64,000 bases of DNA, from positions 6,662,208 through 6,726,207 of the forward strand of contig JAZGQO010000014.1 in NCBI GenBank assembly GCA_036850965.1. The letters run 5' to 3'. Below the pieces are notes generated by a model. It saw only the letters and a program-made list of their open reading frames with translations. It searched no databases and had not been told where the DNA came from. Positions 59,497 through 64,000 of the stretch are shown piece after piece (position 1 is the first letter of the stretch; each line of letters starts with the position of its first letter). The stretch is from Patella caerulea (taxonomy: Eukaryota). The position numbers were made by a program, and so were the translations under genes.

Positions 59497-59786
59497 GGGA
59501 GAGAGAGAGAGAAATGTGGTTTAACGTCCACTCGACACAAACTAGGCCATTTTGGGACTAACATATGGTTTCATTTTATTTCAATAATTCGCTTGCGCGT
59601 AGGGGTCTTTAGCAGTGGGAGGAAACCGGAGTGCCTGGAGGAAACCCACAAGGTTGAGAAGGCGCCCCTGTCTCCATGCCACATACGCTCACATCAGGAC
59701 TCGAAACCACAGCTGCAAACCAGAGGTGACCGGCCAGCTAGAGGTTGAAGCGTGGCACTCTAGACCACTAGGCCACCCCAACCCCC
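59497..59786 (-). mobile_element. tRNA-derived SINE (family A), full length, in a WDCP intron. It is flanked by a target-site duplication CTGATATGGC(G/A)GG (59485-59496 and 59787-59799).
   Basis: It is the reverse complement of 40978-41269, including the (GA)n tail, the core and the head ...CTAGACCACTAGGCCACCCCAACCCCCC. Near-identical 12-13-mers lie on both flanks. Confidence 0.75.
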
Positions 59787-59974
59787 CTGATATGGCAGGC
59801 TATGGCTAGTCTGTAGATATGGTTATTAAGACACTACTAATGGTGCTAGTTTGGAAATTAATAATTTTGTATTTCTTCACAAAAATTCACATAATGTAGT
59901 ATATTAACATTTCTAAGAGTCTATGTTCACTAGAATATGCCTGGAATATTTCATGTATCAATCAAATGTGTTTC

Positions 59975-60152
59975 AGATGAGGAGCCAATAGTGCTTGGTG
60001 CTAATATAGATGGGTACATTCCTTTAAAATTCACCCCCGGTGTTACACTCAATATTATTGGAGAAAATAAAACCAGTGATATAGTATCAACCAATGAGAA
60101 TGTTTGTAGCTTGTTACGGAAAGACCCTATTACTGGAGCTACCAAATGTTAG
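59975..60152 (+). CDS. WDCP: WDCP-like terminal coding exon (DEEPIVLGANIDGYIPLKFTPGVTLNIIGENKTSDIVSTNENVCSLLRKDPITGATKC*).
   Basis: The acceptor is gtgtttcag. The TAG stop is at 60150-60152. GYIPLKFT matches the conserved C-terminal WDCP motif G(F/Y)IPLxFT. Confidence 0.7.
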
Positions 60153-62165
60153 TGTTATTGCAGTGATATATTTCTATAAAGCATAATATTGAACCTCAGT
60201 TGTAGTTTGTGTAAATGTAGAAATATTTGTTCTTGATCAGTCAACTGCAATTTCATCAATCTATGTTCCGAACTGATAAGCGAGCACCTACTCTGTGGAG
60301 CAATATTTACAGTAAAGAGTTCTGGGCTTTAAAAAAATATAGTTTTATCTTTATGCAATATCCTCATGTATTTATAAAATTAACGCTTGTCAATGTTTAA
60401 GGAACACACCAGCCCTGCATTAACAAGCAGGGATTTAGTATGGTGTGTAATGATACAATACTTTGATCTGAGATGATGATAGCTACATATAGTAATTTCA
60501 TGTTAGCTTCTGTTGAATTCTGATTATATATTTTTATATACAATGTGTTCATACTCCATCAGGGTCTTTCTGCTAGATACTGCTTATTAATTAATTAATA
60601 TGTTTATAACTAAAATATTGTTAGTATTTTTATATTGTATGAATTCAATATCCATAAAGGTTGAATGTGTGTCTTGCTTTGAATTTTGATACTAATGTAT
60701 ATTTTTATTATGTAGGTTGTGCATTTATAATGAATTAATTATTTTACACATGTATTATTGTTTTTTTGTTTACTAATATCTTTTATTGATAAATTAGACA
60801 AGATGGGTTTATTAAGTCTTTAAATGGTAATTAATAATCTCAAAAACCTTTTTAGTCATAACTAGCATTTTTAATATCTAGTTACTTAGTAATTTTATCA
60901 ACATTAATTTTAAATGACTTCCATCAGTAATATCTATCCTTTTATGAAACCCCCAATAAGCTCTGAAAGATCTTATAATAAATTGTTGATTCACAAATTG
61001 CACTTTTTATTTCGTATATTTAATATTATATTGGCAATTCACTTGTTTAAATCTTTAAAACATTTGTTAAACATTCCAGACTAAAAGTCAAATGTAGATG
61101 TTTCAAGGCACAAAGAGTAGTCAAAAAACGTATTTGTCCCAACATCACGTTTCGACCATTTAAGTCTGTCCCAACATTGTTAATGTTCATACCCAGGTAT
61201 TATCCAGAAATGTTATTGCCTAGTTATATGCATCCAGTGCTCATACTACTCAATCTTTGTGTAAATGTCATAATATCAAAGCTTGTTTGTGTGACAACAC
61301 AATAATATTAAATAAAATAAAAATTAAACAGTGTTCTTTTGTCTTTTATTTATATTTGGCTAAAGGTTGCTATTCAAAATCTATCTGTATTAATATTTGT
61401 GACAAGTTTTACTTCAGATCCTGAAACTTGTGGGGATGTATTTTTATGTTCATTGAAGGCTTTTATCAATGAAAATTTGACAGCATTCTTTCTTTAAAAT
61501 CTTGATAAAAGGTCAATGTGAAATTTCAGCTCAATATTTATGGTAACATTGAAATTGGTCTTTGCTTCCTTGTCCTCCCATTACAGGGTACTATAAATAT
61601 TTCACTATCCTGCGATATTGAATACTACACTATCAGCAAGTTACCATTATTTTATCAATCTGAGAATACGCTAGATCGGTTGATTCTCTATGTTCGTACA
61701 ATCTCTGCTTAGTTTTCTATCAAGTGTTCTTTGATCAAATCCGACAGAATTTTCCACTAAATTTAAAGAATATGTGAACATAATCGTAATGAAACCATGA
61801 GAACTATCAATATCATAAAATTAAACTGTTCATTAATGATACCATACATTATCTCTTTAAGTATATTAATTGCAGTGATTTTGAAACATGCTGACAAGAC
61901 AAAATAGTGTTCAAATTCACTATGTTATGGGAGCGTGTCAAAACTATCCAGGTCTGCATTTGAGAAAAACTATGGTAAGAAAGAAAATCTTTGTTTGAAA
62001 ATATGTTTGTTTGTTACTTTTTGTTATAAGCTCATCTTATTCAGATACGTGTTGCAAAATTTGCCTTCTACCATGAAGAAATGTCAAAGAATAGACAGAT
62101 ATAATTAATTGGAAATATGATGTTATATCATCGAATATTGCATTTAAACAGCTATTATCCTGCAG

Positions 62166-62512
62166 GGAACTGGTTGCTCATTGAGTAAGATGTTGGTACT
62201 CTAACCCAGATATCCTGTGGTTCAATCCAAGTGTTGGCCGTAAAAGTTCATCAAGAATTTCTGGGGTGGTTCCCCCTTGTCTGTGGTACAGGATGGAGAG
62301 CCTTGCAATGGACAGCATGTAGTCGTTGCGCCAAGGTCTTGTGCGCACATTGGCGTGCAGGTAAAAGAACCATTGACATTTGGAGTTAACAATCGAGTAA
62401 GCCGTAGTATTGTTGTCCAGCCAAATTCCCTTGTGGCACACTGTGAAGTGTAAGTATGTCTGTCTGCATTATCTCAGTCAGTGCAGAACAGTAAGACATT
62501 AAACCCCATTTG
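62166..62512 (+). mobile_element. tRNA-derived SINE (family B), full length, downstream of WDCP.
   Basis: Collinear with 57552-57896. The tail is CAGTAAGACATTAAACCCCATTTGAC. Confidence 0.65.
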
Positions 62513-63104
62513 ACAAAAATTGATTCTGAATGGATTAACAACAACCACAAATTCATAACAAAATTATAATTTTATTAAAAAGTAAATTCAATGTATACCA
62601 CCTATAAAATCAAATCTCACCCTTTTAGAACACATAATTTTCATTTATCAAAACCATCACCAGTTCAACCACTTCACAATCTCTTCTTGATGCCAATGGA
62701 GACAATTTAACAAATTCAATTTCCCTCCACCCCAATAAATAGATTGCAAAGCAACAAAACAAACATCCACAGCAGCTAAATTAATCATCCAAGCTGTTGA
62801 CGAGGGTTGTCACATATTTTTTTTTTGTTGGTACTGGTACATGTACATGTAATTCTGGGCATTTACAAGATAATTTAATACAGATCAGGTTATATCTTTT
62901 CAACTTGAGGTTCAAGACTAACAAAATTATAGAAATTAGCTATGAGTTAGGTATAAAGAAAAATTCTGGTAGCTATAAATGGTATTATAATGTTGGCACC
63001 AAACAAGTCTTCAATTGTCCAACCACCCAGACTTCATATCATTGCAAAAACCGACCTATTTCATGATACTGTATAATATCGGGGCACACCTATCATTAAA
63101 GCCC

Positions 63105-63690
63105 TCCTGGAAGTAATTTACAGAAATTGTTGAAATTCAATCAGCTTCTTCTTTTTACTACTTAAAATGATGCACATAAATTTCAGATTGGTTGATAAAT
63201 TTTGTCATTCAAGCCTTCACAAAATCCAACAAACAAAAACAAGGGTAATATCTCTAAAAGTAATTAAAAGAAATTGTTGAAATTCAATCGGCTTCTTTTT
63301 TTCACTAATTTAATTAATGCATATATGTATATATATATTTCATACAGATCAGATGATAACTATTGTCATTCGAGCATTCACAGGGGGTTCTGAAAAGTGA
63401 AACAAAGGCCATTAACGAAAATTTCTGATATCCAACAGGCTTCATTATTTCTTTCATTTAAATGATGCATATAAATTTTGATTCAGATCGGTTGATAACT
63501 TTTATCGTTCGAAAGTCTGACAAAGTGAAACAAACGCCTTAACTCTAGAAGTAATTTACAAAAATTGTTGAAATTCAATCAGCTTCTTCATTTCCCTAAT
63601 TTAAATGATGCTTATAAATTAAATACAGATTGGTTGATAACTTTTGTTTTAGAGTGTTCACTGGGTGAAACAAAGTGAAAGGAGGGCCAT
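63105..63690. repeat. Minisatellite, ~146-bp unit x4 (AAGTAATTTACAGAAATTGTTGAAATTCAATCAGCTTCTTC...GATTGGTTGATAAnTTTTGTC...).
   Basis: Unit starts at ~63111, 63257, 63404 and 63548. Confidence 0.7.
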
Positions 63691-64000
63691 ACATGTAACT
63701 CCAGAAGAAATTAACAGCAATTATTTAATTAAATAGGATTCCTCATCTCGCAAATGTAAACATCAATTTCAAAACAATAAGATGATAAATGTAGGCTGTA
63801 GATTTTTCACAAGAAATTATGGACCATGGACGCATACATACTGACAGCAATATATGTCCACATATGTGGGCGTATAAAAACATAAAAAATTAAATAAGTC
63901 ATCAATAAAATTTCATTTTCAAATAAATTCAGTAATTCCTAAGTAGATATATTACAGACAGATTCAAACTTTTTAAATCTTTAAATAATATAATTACGGC

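Overview
This is eukaryotic (metazoan-type) genomic DNA, not prokaryotic. It is AT-rich, gene-poor, has GT-AG introns, tRNA-derived SINEs, MITEs and micro/minisatellites, and lacks operon structure. The repeat spectrum resembles bivalve-mollusc genomes, but the taxon cannot be verified from sequence alone.

- **1-20.6 kb:** repeat-rich non-coding DNA containing SINE and MITE copies, a (GA)n microsatellite, and a GC-richer island with frameshifted ORFs.
- **20710-21630 (+):** a single-exon RING/TRIM-like gene with a polyA signal overlapping its stop codon and a (TA)n microsatellite just downstream.
- **~28.45-39.57 kb:** a complex satellite. Monomers of about 29-32 bp build alternating sub-repeats of ~1.16 and ~1.28 kb, giving a 2434-2435-bp higher-order repeat with near-identical copies. 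A MITE sits in its degenerate edge and a 90-bp foreign segment sits inside the array.
- **44664-60152 (+):** a multi-exon gene whose exons connect with consistent codon phase across 12 consecutive exons. Its translation matches the WD repeat and coiled-coil containing protein (WDCP/C2orf44) family.
- **Introns of that gene:** three SINE insertions (one with an intact target-site duplication), a ~2.4-kb composite element (145-bp tandem units, a foldback inverted repeat and repeated GACGTGATT motifs), and several small tandem duplications. One of these duplicates a 3' splice site together with the start of an exon.

No rRNA, tRNA gene or CRISPR array was found.
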